In this document: positions 55,592 to 64,000 of the stretch, one piece after another | Position numbering within the stretch: position 1 is the stretch's first letter | How the letters are laid out: every line of letters starts with the position of its first letter | NCBI GenBank assembly: GCA_050015075.1 | Contig: JBEKCB010000005.1 | Coordinates: 96,001 to 160,000 of the forward strand | Direction of reading: 5' to 3' | From: Candidatus Brocadiia bacterium | Lineage (GTDB): Bacteria > Planctomycetota > Brocadiia > CAIUPP01 | Length of the DNA stretch: 64,000 nt | Position numbers and translations under genes: made by a program | Notes under the pieces: model-generated | The model's database searches: none | Seen by the model: the letters and a program-made list of their open reading frames with translations, nothing else | Told to the model about the DNA's origin: nothing

Positions 55592-57013
55592 TCAGCGCGA
55601 CTGACTGTGCATCGCCTCGGCGATCTTGGCGGTCAGGGCGTTGTGTACATTAAATGCGTCGCAGAAGAGCAGGGCTCCGGCAATGATCAGAGCCACCGTG
55701 GCGGCGATGAGCAGCACGTTGCCGATCGGCCAGGGCTGCGCGGTCTCCCAACCGGCCGGGACGATGGCAGGCGCCGCCTCTTCTTCGGGCTCTTCTTCGC
55801 CGGCCTGTTCCTGAAGGGCCGCCGCGACCGCTCCATCCACGCCGCCGGTCTCAACCGCCTCGCCTCCCTCGCCCAGGGCGGCCTTGGTTTCCTCGGCGCC
55901 CAGGGCGGCCTTGGTTTCCTCCGCGACCGGGATGCCGACCGTCTCGTGGTCGTCGCCCGGCGCCTCAGCGGCCGTCGCGGGCTTGGGGCCTGCGCCGACG
56001 ACCTCTTTCGTCTCAAGCACTTCGTCCACGTCGAGCGTTTCGAGCGCCTCGTCGCTGCTGTCGTCCGGGGCGGGTCCGAGGATATCGGCGACGACCTTGT
56101 CGGTCGAAGGGTCTTTCGATTTCGGTGCGGGCTTCTGTCCGACTTGCGAGGGACTTTCCGAGGCGACTTCGATTTCATCGCCGGAGGTGCCCTCGTCGGA
56201 AAACTGGATGCGGGACGCGCTGGAGGCGGACTCGGACGAGCTTTCCTCGGCGACTTCGAGGATGTCCATGGAGGATTCCGATTCGTCGGCGATGAGCACC
56301 GAATCGCCTCTTTCCCCATCCGACGGCAGTTTCAAATCCTTTTCCGCGAAGTCGAACGCCGGAGCGGCCCCTGGCTTGGCTTTCTCTTCCTTGCCGGCGC
56401 CCGGCAGAAGCAGCGAAGTCTGGTCGCCCTCCTCGAGGACCGGCGGCTCTTCTTCGTGGAGGTCCTTGATGCCGGCTTCCGCGCCGGTCACGCCGCGCGT
56501 CTCGACCTCTTGGTCCACGTCGAGCGTCGCGAGCGCCTCGTCGCTGCTGTCCTCAGGCGCGGGCCCGAGAATGTCGGTGACGACCTTGTCGGTTGACGCG
56601 TCGCCAATTTTCGGCGCGGCGCTTCCCGGAGCCGCCTTCATATCATCGCTGGAGCTGACTTCGTCGGGGACGAGGTCCTTCTCGCCGAACTGGAAGACGG
56701 GCTTCTCCGGCTGCTTGTTTTTGGGTTCGCCCGGCTGGACCGGCGCCAGGACGGAGGTCTGGTCGGTGTCCTCGATGCCCGCGTCGGACTCGACTTCGGT
56801 CAGGTCAATCTTGGAGGAGGCGCCTTCGGCCAGCACCGTGGCGCCGCCGGCGAGTCTCTTCTTGTACGCGTCAATATCCGCAGGGCGGAACTTGTAGGTC
56901 TTCTGGTCGAGGAAACCGCGCAGAAGACCCTTCTTCACCAGCTCGGCGATCTGGTCTTTGCTCAGTTGGAGTTGCTTGGCGGCATCGTCAATGTTCAAGA
57001 GTACGTCAGCCAT
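55592..57013 (-). CDS. N-terminal excisionase/MerR-like HTH protein with a long acidic linker and C-terminal TM helix
   Basis: LNIDDAAKQLQLS...LVKKGLLRGF...YKFRPADI; D/E/S-rich linker with internal duplications; hydrophobic VLLIAATVALIIAGALLF. Confidence 0.8.
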   Translation of the reverse strand: MADVLLNIDDAAKQLQLSKDQIAELVKKGLLRGFLDQKTYKFRPADIDAYKKRLAGGATVLAEGASSKIDLTEVESDAGIEDTDQTSVLAPVQPGEPKNKQPEKPVFQFGEKDLVPDEVSSSDDMKAAPGSAAPKIGDASTDKVVTDILGPAPEDSSDEALATLDVDQEVETRGVTGAEAGIKDLHEEEPPVLEEGDQTSLLLPGAGKEEKAKPGAAPAFDFAEKDLKLPSDGERGDSVLIADESESSMDILEVAEESSSESASSASRIQFSDEGTSGDEIEVASESPSQVGQKPAPKSKDPSTDKVVADILGPAPDDSSDEALETLDVDEVLETKEVVGAGPKPATAAEAPGDDHETVGIPVAEETKAALGAEETKAALGEGGEAVETGGVDGAVAAALQEQAGEEEPEEEAAPAIVPAGWETAQPWPIGNVLLIAATVALIIAGALLFCDAFNVHNALTAKIAEAMHSQSR

Positions 57014-57225
57014 GGCACACCTCCTCGCCGGTCAGGTCCGAACGAGAGTCCGGATGCCGGCTTTCAACCAGACGGCGATCCCTCGAAACTGCGGGGGTAG
57101 TATAGCACCGCCCGCAACCGTAAAGCAAGGAATTCATGGCGCGGAATGCAACCGGCCGGGCACGGCGGGATCGTTCAGGCTGCGATGGGCGGCGGGCGCC
57201 GTTCGGGCGCTTCGGCGTCGGTGGA

Positions 57226-57852
57226 TCAAGACTTGGGGGCCGTTCCGGATCCGGATACGCCTTCCGCGTCCGACGACCCGCGCGCGAGGCGCAGAACGGC
57301 GTCGTGAAGTTCATCCAGTCCGACCGGCTTGGCCATGCACAGGTCCGCGCCGGCCTCTTTGGCCTTCTCGATGTTCTCGGTGGTGGCGTACCCGGTGAGG
57401 ACGAGGATGCGTGTCTGCCGCGACCGCGGCGAAGCTTTGATATTGCGGCAGACGTCCAGCCCGTTCATGCCGGCCATCAGGAGGTCGAGAATCACGATGT
57501 GCGGCTGGAACTCGGAGACCTGGCGGCCAGCGGCGAATCCGTCGGCGGCCTGCCGGACCCGCATGTTCGGCTGGCGGCCCAGGAATTCCGTCGCGCTCTC
57601 GCGGAACGCCGCGTCATCGTCCACGACGAGCACCCGCAGCGTGCCGGTCAGATCGCGCCAGCCTCGAAGCTTGCGGGATTCGAGGAAGGCGTGCACGTCC
57701 GCGTCGAGCACGCGCAGATGTCCGCCGGGCGTTTCGTACGCCGGAAGGTTCCCCTCCAGAATCCACCGCCGGACGGTCGTGTAGTGAACACCACACTGTT
57801 CAGCGACCTGCATCGTGGAAAGGGCCTTCTGAACCTGTCCGCGCTTCTTCAA
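57226..57852 (-). CDS. Response regulator with an N-terminal excisionase-like HTH
   Basis: LSTMQVAEQCGVHYTTVRRWI..G.LPAYETPGGHLR; VLVVDDD, ILDLLM, LTGY, KP. Confidence 0.9.
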   Translation of the reverse strand: MKKRGQVQKALSTMQVAEQCGVHYTTVRRWILEGNLPAYETPGGHLRVLDADVHAFLESRKLRGWRDLTGTLRVLVVDDDAAFRESATEFLGRQPNMRVRQAADGFAAGRQVSEFQPHIVILDLLMAGMNGLDVCRNIKASPRSRQTRILVLTGYATTENIEKAKEAGADLCMAKPVGLDELHDAVLRLARGSSDAEGVSGSGTAPKS

Positions 57853-58012
57853 ATCGTACCATCTCCTTCCATTTCGAAGTCGAATTCCAGTCCCCTCGGA
57901 AGGATATCACTCTCTCTCATTAACATACCACGATGTGGCTAGCGCGTCAATTATCGCTCTCCCTTGAGGTTAGAACGCCGCATCCGCGTCAAACCAGGGC
58001 GGGTTCCGCTCG

Positions 58013-58041
58013 TTGACGCATTCGCATTGAAGCAGTACAAT
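58013..58041 (+). promoter_or_regulatory. Putative sigma70 promoter
   Basis: TTGACG-17 nt-TACAAT upstream of the CAGGAG ribosome-binding site of 58098. Confidence 0.7.
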
Positions 58042-58097
58042 TCCTCGCGTATCATCAGGCGACATCGGCTCCACAGGAACAGGCCAGGAGAAAATTC

Positions 58098-59228
58098 ATG
58101 CCCTCGTTAAAAGTCGGCATCGTCGGCCTGGGCGGAATCGGCCAGGCGCATTTGAAGGCGATCTTAAAACTGGGCGACGTGCAGTTGGTCGGCTTCGCCG
58201 ATACCAGCAGTGCCGTGCGCGAGTCGCAAAGCCAGGAGCATAAACTGCCCGCCTTTGCGAGCCACCTTGAACTGATCGAAAAAGCGCATCCGGACTACGT
58301 CGTCATCTGCACGCCGCATTACAGCCACACCGATATTGCAATGGACGCCATGAGGCGCGGCGTGCACGCCTTCGCGGAGAAGCCGCTGACGGTTTCCGCC
58401 GCCCGCGCCGAGGAATGCGCCGCGGTGGCCAGGCAGACCGGCCGGGTCCTCGCCGTGAATTTTCTCAGGCGGCTGCAGCCCGCCGAGCGGAAACTGCACG
58501 ACCTGATCCAGGTCGGCTTCCTCGGCCGGACGCTCCGTGTGACGATGGTCTGCACCCGGTGGTTCCGGTCCATGGCTTACTATCACTCGAGCCCATGGCG
58601 GGCGACCTGGTCGGGCGAAGGCGGCGGCATCACCGTCAACCAGTCGCCGCACGACCTCGACCTGCTCAACTGGGCCGTCGGCATGCCCTCGGAGGTCTTC
58701 GCCGAGGTCAACACCTCCGGCCACGAGATCGAGGTCGAGGACGACGTCGTCGCCGCCATGAAGTGGCCCGGCGGCGCGACCGGAACGATGCACGTCACGA
58801 CCAACGAGGCGCCCGGACGGACCTTCTTCGAGGTTGCCGGCACCCGCGGCACGCTCACGCTCGAGAACAACAAGCTCAAGGCGACCGAACTGGCGGAGGA
58901 TTCCTCGCAGTTCAGCAACACCTCGAAAGGGGTGTGGAACAGCCCGGGAGTGAAATCGGCCATGACATACGAACTGACGGACACGGCGGACGGTTTCATG
59001 CTGATGCACCAGAACTTCGCCGACGCGATCCGGAAGGGCGCGCCGCTGATCTGCCCCGGCGACGAGGGCGTCCGGGAAGTGGAACTGGCCAACGCGCTGC
59101 TCGTCTCCGGCGTGAAGCGCAAGTGGGCCGCCACGCCGGTGGACCCGAAGGAGTTCGACGCGGTGCTTGCGAAGCTGCTCGAGCTCAAGAAACTCGACGC
59201 CGCGAAGGCGTATTTCACGGGGCGGTAG
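58098..59228 (+). CDS. Gfo/Idh/MocA family oxidoreductase
   Basis: GIVGLGGIG, CTPHYSH, AEKPL, WRATWSGEGGG, NQSPHDLD. Confidence 0.92.
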   Translation: MPSLKVGIVGLGGIGQAHLKAILKLGDVQLVGFADTSSAVRESQSQEHKLPAFASHLELIEKAHPDYVVICTPHYSHTDIAMDAMRRGVHAFAEKPLTVSAARAEECAAVARQTGRVLAVNFLRRLQPAERKLHDLIQVGFLGRTLRVTMVCTRWFRSMAYYHSSPWRATWSGEGGGITVNQSPHDLDLLNWAVGMPSEVFAEVNTSGHEIEVEDDVVAAMKWPGGATGTMHVTTNEAPGRTFFEVAGTRGTLTLENNKLKATELAEDSSQFSNTSKGVWNSPGVKSAMTYELTDTADGFMLMHQNFADAIRKGAPLICPGDEGVREVELANALLVSGVKRKWAATPVDPKEFDAVLAKLLELKKLDAAKAYFTGR

Positions 59229-59279
59229 TCTGCTTGTAGTGGCGCCGTAAGGCGCTGCTCGTATGCCCTGACGGGCACA

Positions 59280-59831
59280 CTACGAGCCCGGCTTGCAGAT
59301 GATCTCGTGCACCTTCAAGTCGAAGAAGTTGTGCGTGTTCGCCGGAGTGAGGACGAGGGCCGTGTCCGCGCCGCGGCCTGAGCCGCCGCAGGAGACGACC
59401 TTCTCGTCCGTGCGCACCATGCCGGCGTCGCAGGCCATAAGGGCCACCTCGCAGGCGACCTTGGTTCCCTGCCCGAAGATGCGCAGTGTGGCCGCGACGA
59501 TCTCGTCGGACTGATACGTCTGGAACTTTCTCCGGACGGCGCGGCCGAGGCCGCCGAACGCATGGGCCGCCGTCACGAGCCGCGCGCCCTCGGCGAGGAT
59601 CTGCTTCTCGACCTCGGCGGACATGTCCTGCGAGTCAGCGCGCGCGAAACCGAAGACGGACCGGACCACCATTAGTCGCGCGGCCGGCCACGATCCCAGG
59701 AACTTCAGCGCCGTCGCGCCGGTGTTCGACGCGACGACGATCTTCTCGACGCGCAATTCCTTCGCCCGGGCCACGGCCAGGTCAATCGTCTCGCGCGTGT
59801 TTTCCTCTCCGGCGTTCTTGAAGACGATCAT
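59280..59831 (-). CDS. Stand-alone pyruvate kinase C-terminal (alpha/beta) domain protein
   Basis: GEENT, IVVASNTGATA, LRIFGQGTKVACEVALMACDAG, GGSGRGADTA, EIICKP. Confidence 0.85.
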   Translation of the reverse strand: MIVFKNAGEENTRETIDLAVARAKELRVEKIVVASNTGATALKFLGSWPAARLMVVRSVFGFARADSQDMSAEVEKQILAEGARLVTAAHAFGGLGRAVRRKFQTYQSDEIVAATLRIFGQGTKVACEVALMACDAGMVRTDEKVVSCGGSGRGADTALVLTPANTHNFFDLKVHEIICKPGS

Positions 59832-60021
59832 GGCTTTCTCCCTCGCTCGCGCCCTGCCGCCGCTCCGCCGCGCCCGCACGAGGAGTCTATCACACGGAAT
59901 GCGGCCCGGCAACGGCCGAGGGCACTTGACTTGAGGCGCTCATAACGGCATGATAACTATTCTACGCCGCGGTTTCTCCGTCGGCCTTAGCGACTTCAAT
60001 TTTCTGACCGGGAGTTCAGTC

Positions 60022-61473
60022 ATGGCGCAAGCGGACATCGGCCTCATCGGCCTGGCGGTAATGGGCGAGAACATCGTGCTCAATATGGAGAGCAAGGGGT
60101 TCACCGTGGCGCTGTTCAACCGCACGGTGGAGAAGGTGGACGCGTTCGTCGCCGGCCGCGGCGCGGGCAAGAAGTTCGTCGGCTGTCATAGCATCCAGGA
60201 ACTCGCCGCCGCTCTCAAGCGTCCCCGCAAGGTGATGCTGCTGGTGAAGGCCGGCCAGCCGGTGGACGATCTCATCGAGCAGCTCATCCCCGTGCTGGAG
60301 CCGGGCGACATCATCATTGACGGCGGCAACAGCCACTTCACGGACACGATCCGCCGCGCGAAGCTCGTCGAGAGCAAGGGACTGCTGTACATCGGCACGG
60401 GCGTCTCCGGCGGCGAGGAAGGCGCGCTGACCGGCCCTTCGATGATGCCCGGCGGCAGCCCCGCCGCCTGGCCGCTGGTCAAGGACATCTTCCAGAAAAT
60501 CTGCGCCCGGACGCCCGAGGGCGAACCGTGCTGCGACTGGGTCGGCGAGAACGGCGCCGGCCACTTCGTCAAGATGGTCCACAACGGCATCGAATACGGC
60601 GATATGCAGATGATCTGCGAGACCTACTTGATGATGAAGGAAGGCCTCGGCATGTCGAACGAGGAGATGCACGACGCGTTCAACGCCTGGAACGAGGCGG
60701 AGCTGAAGTCCTACCTGGTCGAGATCACCCGCGACATCCTCGCTTATAAGAACGAGGAAGGGCAATACGTCGTGGACCTGATCCTGGACACGGCCGGGCA
60801 GAAAGGCACCGGCAAGTGGACCGTGCTGGCCGCCCTCGACGAAGGCCAGCCGCTGACGCTGATTGGCGAGGCGGTCTTCGCGCGCTGCCTCTCGGCGATC
60901 AAGGAAGAGCGCGTGGCCGCCAGCAAGGTGCTCAAAGGGAAGATGAAGAAGATCCGCGGCGACCGGCCGGCGCTGATCGCCGACCTGAGCCGGGCGCTGT
61001 ACGCCGCGAAGATCGTCTCCTACGCGCAGGGATTCCAACTGATGCGCTCGGCGGCGAAGACGTACTCCTGGAACCTCAACTACGGCGGCATCGCGCTGAT
61101 GTGGCGCGGCGGCTGCATCATCCGCTCGGCATTCCTGGGCAAGATCAAGGAGGCCTACGTCAACAATCCGAAGATCACCAACCTGCTGCTCGACCCGTTC
61201 TTCGCCGGTGCTGTGAAAACGGCGGAGAAATCGTGGCGCAACGTGATCCGGAAAGCCGTGCAGGCGCGCATCCCGGTCCCGGCGATCGGCTCGGCGCTGG
61301 AGTTCTACGACGGCTACCGCGCGCCGCGGCTCCCGGCGAACCTGCTCCAGGCGCAGCGCGACTACTTCGGCGCGCACACCTACGAGCGCGTGGACAAGCC
61401 GCGCGGCGAGTTCTTCCACACGAATTGGACCGGAAAAGGCGGAACGACGAGCGCTTCCACTTATACGGTATGA
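60022..61473 (+). CDS. gnd: 6-phosphogluconate dehydrogenase, decarboxylating (NADP+)
   Basis: IGLIGLAVMG, IDGGN, GVSGGEEGA, VKMVHNGIEYGDMQ, QKGTGKW, QAQRDYFGAHTY. Confidence 0.97.
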   Translation: MAQADIGLIGLAVMGENIVLNMESKGFTVALFNRTVEKVDAFVAGRGAGKKFVGCHSIQELAAALKRPRKVMLLVKAGQPVDDLIEQLIPVLEPGDIIIDGGNSHFTDTIRRAKLVESKGLLYIGTGVSGGEEGALTGPSMMPGGSPAAWPLVKDIFQKICARTPEGEPCCDWVGENGAGHFVKMVHNGIEYGDMQMICETYLMMKEGLGMSNEEMHDAFNAWNEAELKSYLVEITRDILAYKNEEGQYVVDLILDTAGQKGTGKWTVLAALDEGQPLTLIGEAVFARCLSAIKEERVAASKVLKGKMKKIRGDRPALIADLSRALYAAKIVSYAQGFQLMRSAAKTYSWNLNYGGIALMWRGGCIIRSAFLGKIKEAYVNNPKITNLLLDPFFAGAVKTAEKSWRNVIRKAVQARIPVPAIGSALEFYDGYRAPRLPANLLQAQRDYFGAHTYERVDKPRGEFFHTNWTGKGGTTSASTYTV

Positions 61474-61512
61474 TTACGAAGTTTTGAAACCGGTTCCAGG
61501 AAGGAGCTTTCC

Positions 61513-62340
61513 ATGTGCAGCCCGTTGACGGAATATCTCGAGTCCATGTTCAGCCTCGAAGGCCGCACCGCCGTGGTGACCGGCGGCGGCGGAGTGCTCT
61601 GCAGCCGCATGGCCGAGGCGCTGGCCCAGGCCGGCGCGAGCGTCATCCTCTGGGACGTCCGCCAGGACGCGCTCAACGAGAAGGTCGCCCAGATCCGCAA
61701 GACCCTCGGCGACGACAAGCGCGCCAACGCCGTTCAGGTGGACCTGATGAACGAAGACTCCATCCGCGCCGGGATCGAGAAGTCCGTGAAGTTCACCGGC
61801 CAGGTGGACATCCTCCTCAACGGCGCCGGCGGCAACCGCGGCAAGTCCACGCTCCAGGAGGTCAAGGCCGAGGACATCGAATTCGTCCTCAAGCTGAACT
61901 TGCTCGCCGGCTGCATCCTGCCGGTGAAGCATTTCTCCAAGTACTGGATCGAGAAGAAGATCAAGGGCACGATCATCAACATCGCCTCGATGGCGTCGTT
62001 CAACCCGCTCTCGGGCGTCTACGCCTATTCGGCCGCCAAGGCGGCGGTGATGAACCAGACGGTAGCGCAGGCCAAGGAGCTGGCCCCGTTCGGCATCCGC
62101 GCCAACGCCATCGCGCCGGGATTCCTCATCGCCGACCAGAACCGCGCGCTGCTGCTCAACCCGGACGGCTCACTCACGCCGCGCGGGCAGGCGGTCATCC
62201 ATCATACGCCCGCCGGCCGGTTCGGCGAGGCCCACGAACTCGTCGGCGCGATCCTGTTCCTGGCCTCCGACAAGGCCGCCGGCTTCGTCAGCGGCATCAC
62301 CCTGCCGGTGGACGGCGCGTACCTGGCGTTCAACATCTGA
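61513..62340 (+). CDS. SDR oxidoreductase (D-mannonate oxidoreductase-like)
   Basis: TGGGGVLC, NGAGGN, NIASM, YSAAK, NAIAPGF...QNRALL. Confidence 0.88.
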   Translation: MCSPLTEYLESMFSLEGRTAVVTGGGGVLCSRMAEALAQAGASVILWDVRQDALNEKVAQIRKTLGDDKRANAVQVDLMNEDSIRAGIEKSVKFTGQVDILLNGAGGNRGKSTLQEVKAEDIEFVLKLNLLAGCILPVKHFSKYWIEKKIKGTIINIASMASFNPLSGVYAYSAAKAAVMNQTVAQAKELAPFGIRANAIAPGFLIADQNRALLLNPDGSLTPRGQAVIHHTPAGRFGEAHELVGAILFLASDKAAGFVSGITLPVDGAYLAFNI

Positions 62341-62360
62341 TCTCGAACAAGGGAAAAGGC

Positions 62361-63269
62361 ATGGCCGGCGATCCGCAGGCGCCGCTCAAGGCGCTCGAGC
62401 CGAAGCACGAGTTCTTCATCGGCATTGACTCGGACGGCTGCGCGTTCGACACGATGGAGATCAAGCACAAGGAGTGCTTCTGCCCGAACTTCATTGACCA
62501 TTTTCACTGCCAGGCGGTCAGCAAGTACACGCGCGACGCCTGGGACTTCGTCAACCTCTACTCGAAATGGCGCGGCTGCAACCGGTGGCAGGCGGTCGTC
62601 CGCGTCCTCGACCTGCTCCACGACCGCGACGAGGTCAAACGCCGCCACGCGAAGATCACCGAGGGCAAGGCCATCAAGGAGTTCGCGAGATCCAACAAGG
62701 TGCTGAGCAACGACACGCTCAAGGAAGCGATCGCGCGCGCCCACGATCCGGCGGCGAAGAAGGAGCTCGAGGAGGCGCTCGCCTGGTCGAAGGCGGTCAA
62801 CGAGTCCATCGCGAAGATGGTGCATGACGTGCCGCCCTTCCCGTTCGTCCGCGAGTGCCTGGAGAAGGCGTTCAAGAAGGCGGACATGATCGTCGTCAGC
62901 CAGACGCCGACCGAGGCGCTCGTCCGCGAGTGGAAGGAACACCGCATCGAAGGGCACGTCAGCCTCATCGCCGGCCAGGAGATGGGCAGCAAATCCGAGC
63001 ACATTCAGTTCGCCGCCGGCGGCAAATACCCGCCGTCGAAGATCCTCATGATCGGCGACGCGCCCGGCGACCTCAAGGCCGCCCGCGACAACAGCGCGCT
63101 GTTCTTCCCCATTGATCCGGGCAGCGAGGACGCTTCCTGGCAAGTGCTCTTCGAGGAGGGCCTCGACCGCTTCTTCGCGGGCACTTACGCCGGCGCATAC
63201 GAGAAGAGACTCGTCGAACAGTTCGACCGGCTGCTGCCCGAGCGGCCGCCGTGGAAGAAGAAGGGCTGA
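62361..63269 (+). CDS. HAD-family hydrolase
   Basis: IGIDSDGCAFDTMEIKHKECF, VVSQT, IAGQEMG, MIGDAPGD; start reassigned from 61515. Confidence 0.88.
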   Translation: MAGDPQAPLKALEPKHEFFIGIDSDGCAFDTMEIKHKECFCPNFIDHFHCQAVSKYTRDAWDFVNLYSKWRGCNRWQAVVRVLDLLHDRDEVKRRHAKITEGKAIKEFARSNKVLSNDTLKEAIARAHDPAAKKELEEALAWSKAVNESIAKMVHDVPPFPFVRECLEKAFKKADMIVVSQTPTEALVREWKEHRIEGHVSLIAGQEMGSKSEHIQFAAGGKYPPSKILMIGDAPGDLKAARDNSALFFPIDPGSEDASWQVLFEEGLDRFFAGTYAGAYEKRLVEQFDRLLPERPPWKKKG

Positions 63270-63322
63270 GCCATTGTCAATGGCCCATTCCTGACGGATA
63301 GCGGATAAGGGATGATAGGCTT

Positions 63323-63398
63323 GGGCCGGTTTCGGCATTACCCCATGGCCTTCGCATGAACCCCTCGTGCGTTGGTTCAGCCGAGGCCGGCCCTTTTT
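63323..63398 (+). ncRNA. Candidate structured RNA or attenuator-like element
   Basis: 14-bp closing stem GGGCCGGUUUCGGC/GCCGAGGCCGGCCC (two G-U pairs), inner UGAACC/GGUUCA hairpin, U5 tail. Confidence 0.45.
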
Positions 63399-63442
63399 AT
63401 TGCCGCAGGTGAAAAAACGTTCTCGGACAGTTGGAGAATCGA

Positions 63443-64000
63443 ATGGATCCCCGGCGGGAAAACATGCTGCGCGAGCTGCGGTCCATCCTCGGCGCCGAGC
63501 GCGTCTCGGCCGAGATCGAGGAGCGGATCCTCGCGTCTTACGACGGCACGCGCCGCTCCGCGCTGCCGGACATCGTCGCGTTCCCGCAGACCGCCGAGGA
63601 AATCTCCCGCGTGCTGCGCTGGGCAAACCGCGAGAAGACGCCGGTCTATCCGCGCGGCGCGGCGAGCGGGCTGACCGGCGGCGCGGTGCCCGTCGGCGGC
63701 GGAGTCGCGCTCGACCTCCGGCGGATGAACCGCATCCTCGAGGTGGACGACGACAACCAGGTGGCCACTGTCGAGCCGGGCGTCACCGTCAGCGATTTCC
63801 AGGCCGAGGTGCAGCGCCGCGGCCTGTTCTATCCGCCCGACCCCGCCAGCGCGGATTTCTCCACGCTCGGCGGCAACGTCGCCGAATGCGCCGGCGGGCT
63901 GCGCGCGGTCAAGTACGGCGTCACGCGCGATTACGTCACCGGCCTCGAGGTCGTCCTGCCGCAGGGCGACATCATCCACGTCGGCGCGCGCACGCTGAAG
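63443..64000 (+). CDS. FAD-linked oxidase, GlcD/D-lactate dehydrogenase-like (3'-truncated by the window edge; absent from the ORF track)
   Basis: Manual translation ...PRGAASGLTGGAVP...LDLRRMNRILEVD...VEPGV...FYPPDPAS...STLGGNVAECAGGLRAVKYGVTRDYV; GGAGA ribosome-binding site. Confidence 0.92.
   Translation, partial: MDPRRENMLRELRSILGAERVSAEIEERILASYDGTRRSALPDIVAFPQTAEEISRVLRWANREKTPVYPRGAASGLTGGAVPVGGGVALDLRRMNRILEVDDDNQVATVEPGVTVSDFQAEVQRRGLFYPPDPASADFSTLGGNVAECAGGLRAVKYGVTRDYVTGLEVVLPQGDIIHVGARTLK

Noticed and set aside
61515-63269. 584-aa ORF suggesting a fusion or frameshift between the SDR and HAD genes
   Set aside because: The N-terminal 282 codons are an off-frame read of the SDR gene; the HAD gene has its own ATG at 62361 after a purine-rich ribosome-binding site.
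63323-63398. 6S RNA identity, suggested by the TGAACC...GGTTCA motif
   Set aside because: The element is about 75 nt, far shorter than 6S RNA, and lacks the long rod with a central bubble; kept only as an unclassified candidate.
813-63979. Many long antisense or alternative-frame ORFs (e.g. 813-1787, 7751-9790, 23454-26135, 38943-40937, 60016-61419)
   Set aside because: They are shadow ORFs expected from high GC and codon bias, overlap well-supported genes and carry no recognisable motifs.

Overview
High-GC bacterial chromosomal window, probably PVC superphylum/Planctomycetota. That placement is inferred from the L28 RRGLAKSKGGVG insertion and an acidic N-terminal-HTH membrane protein. Most of the window is housekeeping and carbohydrate metabolism: an opp/dpp-type ABC operon, thiD, thiC, rpmB, tsaD, larB, nnrD, an S41 protease, tRNA-Phe, panC, lgt, dprA, pyk, nadA, uvrB, rlmN, a glycogen cluster (galT, response regulator, glgC, DUF4912, GH57), birA, sppA, gnd and a truncated glcD-like gene. 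I found no integrase, transposase, prophage or CRISPR. The most unusual signal is a dense set of small dispersed repeats with no cognate enzyme in the window. These are (i) about 75-120 bp inverted-repeat elements built from 9-mer units, two near-identical copies of which bracket the whole ABC operon; (ii) heptamer arrays at gene junctions; and (iii) a CCTGAGC-N-GTCGAAGG palindrome that nests inside another repeat and appears inserted in frame in two proteins. Also notable are an unannotated hicB-hicA remnant whose toxin lost its N-terminus, two further toxin-antitoxin-like pairs, a candidate structured RNA upstream of the glcD-like gene, and several orphan proteins. Product calls rest on motif recognition by eye, not database searches. 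Several start codons were reassigned from the ORF track.
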